Source: Chloroflexota bacterium
GTDB taxonomy: Bacteria; Chloroflexota; Limnocylindria; Limnocylindrales; CSP1-4
Direction: 5' to 3'
DNA: 33,908 nt
Assembly: GCA_025935655.1 (NCBI GenBank)
Contig: JAICUV010000003.1
Location: 1 to 33,908, forward strand
Shown here: piece by piece, positions 1-9,058 of the stretch
Layout of the letters: the number at the start of each line of letters is the position of its first letter
How positions within the stretch are numbered: position 1 is the stretch's first letter
Program-made: the position numbers and the translations under genes
The notes under the pieces: generated by a model
What the model was told of the DNA's origin: nothing
The model's database searches: none
What the model saw: the letters and a program-made list of their open reading frames with translations, nothing else

Positions 1-192
1 AAGGGCGACGCCCGGACCGCGGCCGTCGTCGCCGCGATCCAGGAGGACGGCTCGATCTGGCTGGGCGGGACGACGTGGCACGGGATGCGTGCGATGCGGC
101 TATCGGTGTCGAACTGGGCCACGACCGAGGCCCACGCCGAGGCGGCGGCGGCCGTCGTGCGCCGGATCGCGGGGGAGATCCCCGCGGGGTGA
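1..192 (+). CDS. PLP-dependent (group II) decarboxylase family protein, C-terminal fragment (5' end outside window)
   Basis: Frame 1 reads KGDARTAAVVAAIQEDGSIWLGGTTWHGMRAMRLSVSNWATTEAHAEAAAAVVRRIAGEIPAG* (TGA 190-192). The G-x-x-W-x-G-x-T-x-W-x-G...MRxSVSNW-x-TT pattern is typical of aromatic-amino-acid/glutamate decarboxylase C-termini. Not in the ORF track. Confidence 0.75.
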   Translation, partial: KGDARTAAVVAAIQEDGSIWLGGTTWHGMRAMRLSVSNWATTEAHAEAAAAVVRRIAGEIPAG

Positions 193-238
193 GCATCGAC
201 GACGGCACGGTGGCCGCGATCGAGATCGCGGCGGCTGG

Positions 239-358
239 GGACGTCGTGTCTGACCCCGTCCGCGCGGCCGCGGACGTCGTGCCCGCTCCCGTGCGCGCGG
301 CGGGGGTTCGCCTCGTCGGGTTCGCCCGGGCCTTCGCCCTCGTCGGGTTCGCCCGGGC
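239..358 (+). repeat. Two adjacent short tandem duplications (periods 33 bp and 27 bp)
   Basis: GGACGTCGTG...CGCGCGGC starts at 239 and again at 272; CCTCGTCGGGTTCGCCCGGGC occurs exactly at 311-331 and 338-358. Confidence 0.8.
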
Positions 359-639
359 AGCGCTCGAACGGTGGCGTGGGCGCATCCGCTGGCCCGCGCG
401 CAGGGCGATCCGTGGCGGGAGGCGGCCCCCGTGCCATCGTTGGCCCGCCCGATGGGCGCTTGCGGGTTGGCGCGCCACCGTACGACCGCTGGGCGGGGAG
501 GTGGCCGGGGAACGGCTGCGTGGGCGGGCTCGTCGGGGAACCCCAGGGCGCGCGGGGGAGGAACCCTGGCCGGGCGGGCCCCGCGGGCGGACGCGCTGGC
601 CGCGCGGCCCGGGACGTCGCATCGGCCCGGCGCGCGCTG

Positions 640-648
640 TGCTGTAAT
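640..648 (+). promoter_or_regulatory. Putative extended -10 promoter (TGcTGTAAT) for the aminotransferase-ABC operon
   Basis: Only AT-rich -10-like hexamer in an extremely GC-rich spacer, about 63 nt before ATG 712. Confidence 0.45.
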
Positions 649-711
649 GGCCGCCACGCCAGACCCCGAGCACACGCGGGCCGCCGGAGGGCCGCCCGGA
701 ACGGAGGACCC

Positions 712-2046
712 ATGGGCATCAGCGCCGCGCCCGGCATGACGAGCGAGGAGATCGTCGCCCTCTCCCGGGAGCACACCCTGTTCTCGTGGTCCGTCCAGGG
801 GGCGCTCGACCCCATCGCGATCGACCACGCCGAGGGGGTCTACCTCTACACCCCCGAGGGCCGCCGGATCCTCGACTTCAACGCCCAGCTCATGTCCGTG
901 AACATCGGTCACGGGGACCGCCGCGTCATCGACGCGATCACCGAGCAGGCGACCAAGCTCCAGTACGTCCAGCCGGCGTTCGCGACGGAGATCCGCGCCC
1001 GGCTCGGCGCGAAGCTGGCCGAGATCCTGCCCGGGGACATGAACAAGGTGTTCTTCACGCTCGGCGGGGCCGAGGCGATCGAGAACGCGATCAAGCTCGC
1101 CCGCCACCACACGGGCCGCTACAAGCTCCTCGCCCGCTACCGCAGCTACCACGGCGCGACCTTCGGCGCGATGACGCTCACCGGCGACTACCGCCGCTGG
1201 GCGAACGAGCCGGGGCTCGTCGGCGTCGTGCGCTACCCGGACACGCACCGCTGGGGCGAGGCGGAGCCGCGCTCGGCCGACGAGGCGCTCCAGGGCCTCG
1301 AGGACGTGATCAAGTACGAGGGCCCGCACACGATCGCGGCGATCTTCCTCGAGACGATCGTGGGGACGAACGGCATCCTCATCCCGCCGGACGGCTATCT
1401 CAAGGGCGTCCGCGAGCTGTGCGACCGCTACAACATCCTGATGGTCGCGGACGAGGTCATGGCCGGCTTCGGGCGGACCGGGCGCTGGTTCGCCGTGGAC
1501 CACTGGGACGTCGTCCCGGACCTCATGACGATGGCCAAGGGCCTGACGAGCAGCTACCTCCCCCTCGGCGCGGTTGCCATGCGCCAGCACATCGCCGACG
1601 GCCTGGAGCAGAAGATGTTCTATGGCGGGCTGACGTACAGCTCGCACCCGGTGAGCCTCGCCGCGGCCCTGGCCACGATCCGCGTGTACGAGGAGGACGA
1701 CCTCATCGGCAACGCCGCCCGGCTCGACGGCGTGATGCGACGCCATCACGAGGCCCTCGCGGCGAAGCACCCGAGCGTGGGCGCACACCGCAACCTCGGC
1801 CTGTTCGGGATCCTGGACCTCGTCCGGTCGCATGACCCGTGGACGCCGATCACCCCGTTCAACGGCACCTCGGACGAGATGAAGGCGATCGGCAGGTTCC
1901 TGCGCGAGAACGGCGTGTACACGATGATCGCCAACAACTCGATCCACACCAACCCGCCGCTGTGCATCACCGAGGAGCAGCTGGCGGAGGGCTTCGAGGT
2001 CATCGACCGCGCGCTCGACATCGCCGACCAGGCGGTCACGGGCTAG
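712..2046 (+). CDS. Class III PLP aminotransferase (beta-alanine/taurine:pyruvate type), 444 aa
   Basis: GGAGG RBS at 703-707, ATG 712. Motifs GGAEAIENAIK, YRSYHG, ETIVGTNG, DEVMAGFGRTG and DLMTMAKG (PLP lysine). The ORF-track extension to 376 is spurious. Confidence 0.93.
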   Translation: MGISAAPGMTSEEIVALSREHTLFSWSVQGALDPIAIDHAEGVYLYTPEGRRILDFNAQLMSVNIGHGDRRVIDAITEQATKLQYVQPAFATEIRARLGAKLAEILPGDMNKVFFTLGGAEAIENAIKLARHHTGRYKLLARYRSYHGATFGAMTLTGDYRRWANEPGLVGVVRYPDTHRWGEAEPRSADEALQGLEDVIKYEGPHTIAAIFLETIVGTNGILIPPDGYLKGVRELCDRYNILMVADEVMAGFGRTGRWFAVDHWDVVPDLMTMAKGLTSSYLPLGAVAMRQHIADGLEQKMFYGGLTYSSHPVSLAAALATIRVYEEDDLIGNAARLDGVMRRHHEALAAKHPSVGAHRNLGLFGILDLVRSHDPWTPITPFNGTSDEMKAIGRFLRENGVYTMIANNSIHTNPPLCITEEQLAEGFEVIDRALDIADQAVTG

Positions 2047-2082
2047 CGACGAACCCCAGGCGACCGACGGCAGGAGGAGCGC

Positions 2083-3036
2083 GTGTCGGCCGGCACCGAG
2101 CGGAACGAGATCCACCTCCTCGAGCGTGAGCTCGAGCTGGAGCTCCATGCCGCCCAGCCGCGGGTTCCTCGGCTCAAGTGGCGCCGCCCGTTCGCCTTCC
2201 TGCTGATGATCACGCTCGTCCTGTTCCTGTGGGAGGGCGTGAAGTTCCTCGGCGGGACGCCCTGGCACCCGGTGGGCGCCGGGCCCGGCTCGCCGGTCAT
2301 CTGGAACCCGCCGTTCCGCTGGCCGTTCGCCAACGACCTCAACCTCCCGCACGTGTGGAACATCGCCTATGCGATGGGCCAGCCGTTCCAGCGGGGCGCG
2401 GACCAGACGCTGCTCGCCTACCTGGTCGGCGCCGCGTTCTACACGTGGCGCGAGGCGTTCCTGGGCTTCGTGCTCGGCAGCCTGCTGGGGCTCGGGCTCG
2501 CGACCGCGTTCGTCCACTCGCGCCTCGCGGAGCGGGCGTTCGTCCCGTACGTCATCGCGAGCCAGACCATCCCGATCATCGCGCTCGCGCCGCTGATCGT
2601 GTTCGCGCTCGGCCAGGGCGTGCTGGCGGTGGTCGTCATCGCGACGTACCTCACGTTCTTCCCCGTCACGATCGCGATGCTGCGCGGCCTCCGCTCGTTC
2701 GACCCGCGCGCGCTGGAGCTGCTCCGCTCGTACGGGGCCTCGCGCCGGGGCGTGTACACGAAGCTCCGCCTGCCTGCCTCGTATCCCTACCTGTTCACGG
2801 CGCTCAAGATCGCCGCGACCGCCGCCATCGTGGGCGCGATCATCGGCGAGGACACGGGCGCGATCCAGGCCGGCCTGGGCCGCGTCATCACGACCTTCAA
2901 CCAGTACTACGCCACCGGCCCGGAGAAGCTGTGGGCGGCGATCTTCGTCGCGGCGACCCTGGGCATCGTGTTCTTCCTGCTCGTCCGGGTCGCGGAGATC
3001 ATCGCCCTCCGCCGCCGACCGGGCATCGACGCATGA
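2083..3036 (+). CDS. NitT/TauT-family ABC transporter permease 1
   Basis: GGAGGAG RBS then GTG. Hydrophobic helices, SQTIPIIALAP, FFPV and an EAA-like loop (ELLRSYGAS...KLRLP). Confidence 0.9.
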   Translation: MSAGTERNEIHLLERELELELHAAQPRVPRLKWRRPFAFLLMITLVLFLWEGVKFLGGTPWHPVGAGPGSPVIWNPPFRWPFANDLNLPHVWNIAYAMGQPFQRGADQTLLAYLVGAAFYTWREAFLGFVLGSLLGLGLATAFVHSRLAERAFVPYVIASQTIPIIALAPLIVFALGQGVLAVVVIATYLTFFPVTIAMLRGLRSFDPRALELLRSYGASRRGVYTKLRLPASYPYLFTALKIAATAAIVGAIIGEDTGAIQAGLGRVITTFNQYYATGPEKLWAAIFVAATLGIVFFLLVRVAEIIALRRRPGIDA

Positions 3037-3905
3037 CCACAGGAGCCGACCGCCCAATGACCGGACCCGCCACAGCGCCCGTCGTCCAGATCCGCGGCGT
3101 CGACAAGGTGTTCGCCGGTCGCGACCGCGGCCAGACGGTGGCCCTCCAGGGCATCGACCTCGACATCGCGCCGGGCGAGTTCGTCTCCCTCATTGGCCCG
3201 TCCGGCTGCGGCAAGTCGACGCTGCTGCGCGTCATCGGCGACCTCGTCCAGCCCAGCAAGGGCTCGGTGGAGGTCAATGGCAAGCCGGCGCCCCAGGCGC
3301 GCCGCGACCGCGACTACGGGATGGTCTTCCAGGCGCCGGTGCTGTTCGACTGGCGGAGCGTGGAGGACAACGTCAAGCTCCCGCTCGAGATCCTGGGCAA
3401 GGACAAGGCGTGGCGCAGCGCCCGTGCGAAGGAGATGCTCGAGCTCGTGGAGCTGGGCGACTTCACGAAGCACATGCCGTACCAGCTCTCGGGCGGCATG
3501 CAGCAGCGGGTCGCGATCGCGCGCGCGCTCTCGTTCGAGCCCCGGATCCTGCTGATGGACGAGCCGTTCGGCGCGCTGGACGAGATGACCCGCGAGCGCA
3601 TGAATGACGAGGTGCTCCGGATCTGGGAGCAGACCGGCACGACGGTCGTGTTCGTGACCCACTCGATCCCGGAGGCCGTGTACCTGTCCTCGCGCGTCGT
3701 GGTGATGAGTGCCCGGCCGGGGCGGATCACGAAGGTCGTGGACATCGACCTGCCGCGGCCGCGCAGTGACGCGTCGCGCGAGACGCCGCGCTACTTCGAG
3801 CTGATCACCGAGGTCCGCGAGGCGCTGCGCGCGGGCGGCGGCGAGCTCGACGATTCCGGGGTCCCGTCCGCGGCCCGCACGATGGCCGAGGGCGCGGTCG
3901 GGTGA
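3033..3905 (+). CDS. NitT/TauT-family ABC transporter ATP-binding protein
   Basis: ATGA overlap with the permease stop (alternative ATG 3057). Walker A GPSGCGKST, signature LSGGMQQR, Walker B LLMDEPFGALD, H-loop VTH. Confidence 0.95.
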   Translation: MTTGADRPMTGPATAPVVQIRGVDKVFAGRDRGQTVALQGIDLDIAPGEFVSLIGPSGCGKSTLLRVIGDLVQPSKGSVEVNGKPAPQARRDRDYGMVFQAPVLFDWRSVEDNVKLPLEILGKDKAWRSARAKEMLELVELGDFTKHMPYQLSGGMQQRVAIARALSFEPRILLMDEPFGALDEMTRERMNDEVLRIWEQTGTTVVFVTHSIPEAVYLSSRVVVMSARPGRITKVVDIDLPRPRSDASRETPRYFELITEVREALRAGGGELDDSGVPSAARTMAEGAVG

Positions 3906-4765
3906 GCGCCGTCCAGGGCGTCGTGCCCGCCGGAGGGCCGTCCCCGGCCGCCGCGCCGCGCGCGCGCCGGGGCTACGACGTGCGCCGGGCGTTCCGCGAG
4001 TACGTGCCCGCGATCGTGGTGATCGTCGGCGGGCTCGTCCTGTGGGAGCTGTCGATCCGGCTGCTCGGCCTCAACGCGTTCATCCTGCCGGCCCCGTCCG
4101 CGATCTGGGGCGCGCTCGTGGAGAACTGGAACGGGGAGCGGTTCCCGCTGTTCGAGTCCGCCAAGAACACGATCGTCGAGGCGGCGGGCGGGTTCGTCAT
4201 CGGCACGACGGCCGGCGTCGTCGTCGCGTTCCTCGCCGCCCGCTGGTCGGGGATGCGGGCGCTGCTGCTGCCGCTGGCCGTGGCCGCGAACGCGATCCCG
4301 ATCATCGCCTTCGCGCCGCTGTTCAACACGTGGTTCGGGCTCCTCAACCCGCTGTCCAAGATGATGATGGCCGCGGTGCTGTCGTTCTTCCCGGTGATGG
4401 CCAACGTGACCCGCGGCCTGTCCGGCGTGGACCCGGCCGCGCTGGAGCTCATGCGCTCGTACGCGGCGAGCGACGGCGAGATCCTGCGCAAGGTCCGCGT
4501 CCCGAACGCGCTGCCGTACTTCTTCACGGCCCTCAAGCTCGCCTCCACGCTCAGCCTCATCGGCGCGATCGTCGCCGAGTACTTCGGCGGCCAGGGCTCC
4601 GTGCTCGGCCGGATGATCGTCCAGAGCGCGTCCGCGCTGAAGTTCGACATCACCTGGGCCGCGGTCTCCCTGGCGGCGGTGGCTGGCATCGCGTTCTACC
4701 TGCTGATCGCGTTCGTCGAGCGGCTCGCGATCCCGTGGCACTCGTCCGCGCGCAACGACGGCTGA
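3902..4765 (+). CDS. NitT/TauT-family ABC transporter permease 2
   Basis: GTGA overlap. ILPAPSAI, NAIPIIAFAP, FFPV, ELMRSYAAS...KVRVP, GAIVAEYFGG. Confidence 0.92.
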   Translation: MSAVQGVVPAGGPSPAAAPRARRGYDVRRAFREYVPAIVVIVGGLVLWELSIRLLGLNAFILPAPSAIWGALVENWNGERFPLFESAKNTIVEAAGGFVIGTTAGVVVAFLAARWSGMRALLLPLAVAANAIPIIAFAPLFNTWFGLLNPLSKMMMAAVLSFFPVMANVTRGLSGVDPAALELMRSYAASDGEILRKVRVPNALPYFFTALKLASTLSLIGAIVAEYFGGQGSVLGRMIVQSASALKFDITWAAVSLAAVAGIAFYLLIAFVERLAIPWHSSARNDG

Positions 4766-4809
4766 CCGCGACCGCCGAGCCCGCCGCGTCTCCGGGGCGG
4801 ATCGAGAAC

Positions 4810-4843
4810 GACCGTTCCCACGACGGTCCGGATTCGGTATCGT
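4810..4843 (+). promoter_or_regulatory. Possible internal promoter for the SBP gene (-10 TATCGT 4838-4843) with inverted repeat GACCGT-N7-ACGGTC (4810-4828)
   Basis: Seen in the 154-bp gap between permease 2 and the SBP gene; function inferred. Confidence 0.35.
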
Positions 4844-4919
4844 TCCGCGGACCGCGGCTGCGTGCCGCTGGAGGAGCCGGCGTCCCCACCCCGAGCGGAC
4901 GCCTGAGTAGAGGAGAGGC

Positions 4920-6113
4920 ATGAGGAAGCAGATGCGCGTCCTCGGGCTGGGCATGTTCGCGACGATCCTCGTCGCGGCGTGCAGCGGCTCGACGGCGACC
5001 ACGGCGCCCGCAAGCGAGGCCCCGGCCTCCGCGCCGGCCTCGCAGGCAGCCAGCGAGGCGCCCGCCAGCCCGGCCGCGGCGGCGGCCAAGGTCCGGCTCC
5101 AGCTGCAGTGGGCGCCCCAGGCGCAGTTCGCGGGCTACTTCGCCGCGGCGGCGCAGGGCTACTACAAGGCGGAGAACCTCGAGGTCGACATCCTCGACGG
5201 CGGCCCGACGATCGTCCCCCAGCAGGTCGGCTCCGCGCCCGATGGCCCGGAGTTCACGATCTCGTGGGTCCCGAAGGTGCTCGAGGCGCGCGAGAGCGGC
5301 TCGGACCTCGTGGACATCGCCCAGGTCTTCCAGCGCTCGGGCACCCTGAGCGTGACCTGGAAGGACAGCGGGATCGACGACCCGTGCAAGCTGGCCGGCA
5401 AGAAGGTCGGCGTGTGGGACTTCGGCAACGAGTTCGAGGTCACGGCCGGGCTGTCCTCCGCGTGCGGCCTGACGCAGGGCCTGGAGAACAACGGCGATCC
5501 GGCGACGCAGTACCAGAAGGTCATCCAGGCCTTCGACATGGTCGCGTTCCTGAACAAGGAGATCGACGCCGCCGAGGCGATGATCTACAACGAGTACGCG
5601 CAGGTGCTCGAGGCGACGAACCCGGCGACGGGCGAGCTGTACAAGCCCGAGGACCTCAACATCATCAACTGGAACGACGTGCGCAGCGCGATGCTCCAGG
5701 ACGCGATCTTCGCGCGCGAGGCGTGGCTCAAGGAAGGGACCAACCGTGACATCGCCGTCCGCTTCGTGCGGGCGTCGCTCAAGGGCTGGATCTACTGCCG
5801 CGACAACCCCGCCGACTGCGTGAAGGCCACGACGGACGCGGGCTCGCAGCTGGGCGCCGGCCACCAGGCGTGGATGATGAACGAGATCAACGCGCTGATC
5901 TGGCCGTCGTCCGGCGGCGTGGGCGCGCTCGATCCGATCACGTGGAACCAGACGGTCCAGGTCGCCAAGGGCGCCGGGATCATCAAGCTCGACCCGTCCA
6001 CGAGCGCCTACGACACCTCGATCGTCACCGATGCCTGGAGTGGCATCGAGGGCGACACGAAGGGCGCGGGCTTCACCAAGGGCACCGTCCAGGTCACCCC
6101 GGGCGGCAACTAG
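4920..6113 (+). CDS. ABC substrate-binding lipoprotein, NMT1/THI5-like
   Basis: AGGAGAGG RBS; lipobox LVAAC; Ala/Pro/Ser tether; LQLQWAPQAQFAGYFAA and QVFQRSG motifs of NMT1/THI5-like SBPs. Confidence 0.9.
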   Translation: MRKQMRVLGLGMFATILVAACSGSTATTAPASEAPASAPASQAASEAPASPAAAAAKVRLQLQWAPQAQFAGYFAAAAQGYYKAENLEVDILDGGPTIVPQQVGSAPDGPEFTISWVPKVLEARESGSDLVDIAQVFQRSGTLSVTWKDSGIDDPCKLAGKKVGVWDFGNEFEVTAGLSSACGLTQGLENNGDPATQYQKVIQAFDMVAFLNKEIDAAEAMIYNEYAQVLEATNPATGELYKPEDLNIINWNDVRSAMLQDAIFAREAWLKEGTNRDIAVRFVRASLKGWIYCRDNPADCVKATTDAGSQLGAGHQAWMMNEINALIWPSSGGVGALDPITWNQTVQVAKGAGIIKLDPSTSAYDTSIVTDAWSGIEGDTKGAGFTKGTVQVTPGGN

Positions 6114-6139
6114 CCCCACCAGCTCTCCGGAACGACGAC

Positions 6140-6169
6140 GACGGCCGGCCCCGCGAGGGGCCGGCCGTC
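6140..6169 (+). terminator. Strong hairpin ending the ABC operon
   Basis: GACGGCCGGCCCC-GCGA-GGGGCCGGCCGTC: perfect 13-bp stem with a GNRA loop, 26 nt after the stop; weak U-tract (TCGATT). Confidence 0.75.
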
Positions 6170-6324
6170 TCGATTCCCGGCCGGCCGGACGAGCGCGTGG
6201 CCCGGCGCGTCGCGCCGCCAGATGTCGCGCGCCGGACACGCCGAGCGCCCCCGGGGGCCATACACTCGCGGTCGGTCGGGGGACACGCGCATCGACGGGT
6301 GAGGAGGATCCGGCCATCGGCACG

Positions 6325-8079
6325 ATGAGCGCCTACCGCGGCGTCCTGGGCAACAGCTCCCTCGTCCGGCTGTTCGCCGGCGAGTTCATCTCGGGGATCG
6401 GCGACTGGCTGTACCTCGTCGCCCTGCTGGTCATCGTCTACAACGAGAGCCAGGACCCGCTGCTGCTGGGCATCGTGGGTGCCGCGCGGATCATCCCGTA
6501 CGTGCTCCTGTCGGTGCCCGCCGGGATCATCGTGGACCGGTTCGACCGGCGGCTCGTGCTGCTCGTCACCGACGTGGCCCGCGGCCTGATCATGGTGGCG
6601 CTGACGATCATCGTCGCCAACGACGGACCCCTCCTCGCCGTCGTGGGCCTCGCGATCTTCGCGACCTGCTTCTCGTGCTTCTTCCGCCCGGCGATCGGCG
6701 CCTACATGCCCAGCCTGGTGCGCGACGAGCGCGAGCTCGGCCCGGCGAACAGCCTGTTCGCGACCCTCGGCGAGCTGTCGTTCATCATCGGGCCCGCGCT
6801 CGCGGGGATCATCATCGCGGCCTCCGACCTCACGCTCGCGTTCGCGATCAACGCGGTGACCTTCGCGGTCGTCGCGATCACCCTCGCGACCCTCCCGCCC
6901 GGCCTCCCGGGCAAGCCCGCGGGCGGCGTGAACCCCTCCCTCCCGGTGGACGACGCTGCGCCCGTCGCCGCCACGGAGGACGTCGCCGTCACCGCCGGTG
7001 CCGACGGCCCCGGGGCCGGTGCCGCGGCCGCCGCTCCTGCCGGCGCCGCGGCTGCGACCGACGAGCTGAGCACGCGCGCCCGGATCATGGCGCTCCGCCG
7101 TCCGCTCATGGGCATGATCGCCCTCGACACGACGGCCGGGTTCCTGTTCGGCGGGCTCTCGGTGCTCACCGTCATCATCGCCGTGGACCAGCTCAACGCC
7201 GGCGAGGCCGGCACGGGCTACCTCAACGCAGCCGTCGGCGTCGGCGGGGTCCTGGGAGCGATCGGCTCCGGCGCCATCCTCGCGCGCAAGAGCCTCGCAC
7301 CGGCGATGCTCGGCGGCGCGTTCATCCTCGCTGCCGGCTTCGTGATCCTCGGGTTCTCGACCTCGCTGCCGCCGGCCCTGTTCGCGATGGCGATCATCGC
7401 CGCCGGCTCGCTCGTCGCCGACGTCGTCAGCACGACGGTCTTCCAGCGGATCGTCCCGGACGAGCTGCGAGGCCGCGTGCTCGGCGGGATGCAGTCGATC
7501 ATGACCGGCACGTACGCGGCGGGCTCGCTGCTCCTCCCGGTCCTCGTGACGACGCTCGGCCCGCGGCTGATGCTCCCGATCGGCGGGGTGATCATCATGA
7601 TCGCGGCGTTCATCTCGTTCACGCTGCTCCGGCCGTACCTCACCCGCGAGGACGACGCGGCCGTCGATGCCATCACCCGGGTCAGCCGGCTGCCGCTGTT
7701 CGCCGGCGTGCCGGCCCCGGCCCTGGAGGCCGCCGCCGGCAGGCTGGTCCCCGTCTCGGTCAAGGCCGGGGATGTCGTCGTGCGCCAGGGCGAGCCGTCC
7801 GACCTGTTCTACATCATCGGCTCCGGCCGGTTCGCGGTCGACCAGACCGAGCCCGGGATCGGCGCGACGCACCGCCTGCGCGTCATGGGACCGGACGAGG
7901 TGTTCGGGGAGCTGGGCCTGATGAACGGCACCCCGCGCACCGCGACGGTGACCGCGGAGACGGACGGGACGCTGCTCTCGCTGCCGGGACCCGCGTTCCT
8001 GGAGCTCGTCAGCTCGGCGTCCGGGCTGTCCGGTCGCCTGACCGACCGCTACCGCGGCGTGGGCACCGCCGCCTCGTGA
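6325..8079 (+). CDS. MFS transporter with C-terminal cyclic-nucleotide-binding domain, 584 aa
   Basis: -10 TACACT at 6261-6266, GAGGAGG at 6301, ATG 6325. MFS motif A (GIIVDRFDRR) and VPDELRGRV; CNB motifs GDVVVRQGE, FYIIGSG and FGELGL...PRTATV. Confidence 0.9.
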   Translation: MSAYRGVLGNSSLVRLFAGEFISGIGDWLYLVALLVIVYNESQDPLLLGIVGAARIIPYVLLSVPAGIIVDRFDRRLVLLVTDVARGLIMVALTIIVANDGPLLAVVGLAIFATCFSCFFRPAIGAYMPSLVRDERELGPANSLFATLGELSFIIGPALAGIIIAASDLTLAFAINAVTFAVVAITLATLPPGLPGKPAGGVNPSLPVDDAAPVAATEDVAVTAGADGPGAGAAAAAPAGAAAATDELSTRARIMALRRPLMGMIALDTTAGFLFGGLSVLTVIIAVDQLNAGEAGTGYLNAAVGVGGVLGAIGSGAILARKSLAPAMLGGAFILAAGFVILGFSTSLPPALFAMAIIAAGSLVADVVSTTVFQRIVPDELRGRVLGGMQSIMTGTYAAGSLLLPVLVTTLGPRLMLPIGGVIIMIAAFISFTLLRPYLTREDDAAVDAITRVSRLPLFAGVPAPALEAAAGRLVPVSVKAGDVVVRQGEPSDLFYIIGSGRFAVDQTEPGIGATHRLRVMGPDEVFGELGLMNGTPRTATVTAETDGTLLSLPGPAFLELVSSASGLSGRLTDRYRGVGTAAS

Positions 8080-8088
8080 CGGGGCCCG

Positions 8089-8910
8089 TCAGGGCTTCGA
8101 GATCGTGATGTCCCGCCCCCAGCGCGAGTAGCTCAGCTCGAGGTCGATGGACACGGCCTGCAGCTGCCCGCTGACGCGCCCCGTGCCGTCCATGTTCCAC
8201 GTCCCGCGCACCGGGCGGCCGTCGGCGGTGACGACGAGCGTCAGCTTGGTCTTGCGGACGGTCTCGGCGGTGAGGTTGCGCGCCGGGATGAGCAGCGGGT
8301 GCATGTACATGCCGGTCGTCTCCACGAGGTAGTGGCCGGGCTCGCCCTTGACCTCGCCGAGGTACTGGACGTGGCCTCCCGCACGCAGCCCCGCGAACGG
8401 GTCCACCATCTCGGCCGGCGTCGCGCCCTTGACGGCCTTCCACGGATCCGCGTCGAACCGGAACCAGTCCGTGGTGCCGACGCGCCGGTACGCGGTGCGG
8501 GCGCGACCGCTCCGCGGGAAGTCGACCGTCGCCGTGAGCGCGGCGTCCGGGCCATCGATGTCGAGGGTGCCCTTCACGTCGAGGATGTCCGTGGTGTGGC
8601 GGGAGACGCCCTTGAACGTGACCCGGAACGACCGGTCGGTGTCGGCTGCGAACGCGCGCACGTTCGCGAGGACCGACAGCGCGGTGGCCGCGGCGGACGA
8701 CACGTCGGGCGTCGCGGAGGCGGCGGGTTCACCCGACGCCGCGGCGGCCGATGGCGCAGGCGCGGCGGGCGTCGGGGTCGCCAGGATCCCGCTGGGCAGG
8801 GGCGGCAGGGCCGTGGGGGCGCACGCGGCGACGACGACTGCCAGCGCGACAACGAGCGCGACAACGGGCGCGACCGCGGACACCGGGGCGGCATGGCGCA
8901 GGCCTGACAT
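8089..8910 (-). CDS. Lipoprotein, possibly LppX/LprAFG (LolA-like) fold, 273 aa
   Basis: GGGGAG RBS, ATG 8910; lipobox VVAAC; Pro/Ala/Ser/Thr tether then alternating beta-strand pattern (RVTFKG, VKGTLDID, YRRVGTTDWFR). The fold call is by resemblance only. Confidence 0.7.
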   Translation of the reverse strand: MSGLRHAAPVSAVAPVVALVVALAVVVAACAPTALPPLPSGILATPTPAAPAPSAAAASGEPAASATPDVSSAAATALSVLANVRAFAADTDRSFRVTFKGVSRHTTDILDVKGTLDIDGPDAALTATVDFPRSGRARTAYRRVGTTDWFRFDADPWKAVKGATPAEMVDPFAGLRAGGHVQYLGEVKGEPGHYLVETTGMYMHPLLIPARNLTAETVRKTKLTLVVTADGRPVRGTWNMDGTGRVSGQLQAVSIDLELSYSRWGRDITISKP

Positions 8911-9058
8911 CGGCTCCCCCTGTACGGCGGGCGGCGTCGAGTGCCCGCTGCCGACGAGCCTACCCGGCCGGCGTGCGGCGTGCGCGGATGCAGACGAACG
9001 CGGACGATGGCCCGTGGACACGCGCGAGCCCGCCGCCCCGTGGCATCCTTCGCGCCGG

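Noticed and set aside
239-358. Direct repeats as a mini-CRISPR array
   Set aside because: Only two copies each, no spacer-length unique sequence between them, and no cas genes.
2178-3032. Apparent N-terminal extensions or fusions in the ORF track (ABC ATPase from 2178; also MFS from 6031, GT-C from 8348, P-ATPase from 16054, GH3 from 28351, hydrolase from 31265)
   Set aside because: The extensions overlap other well-supported genes and are compositionally junk; better starts with RBS, stop-start coupling or -10 boxes exist downstream.
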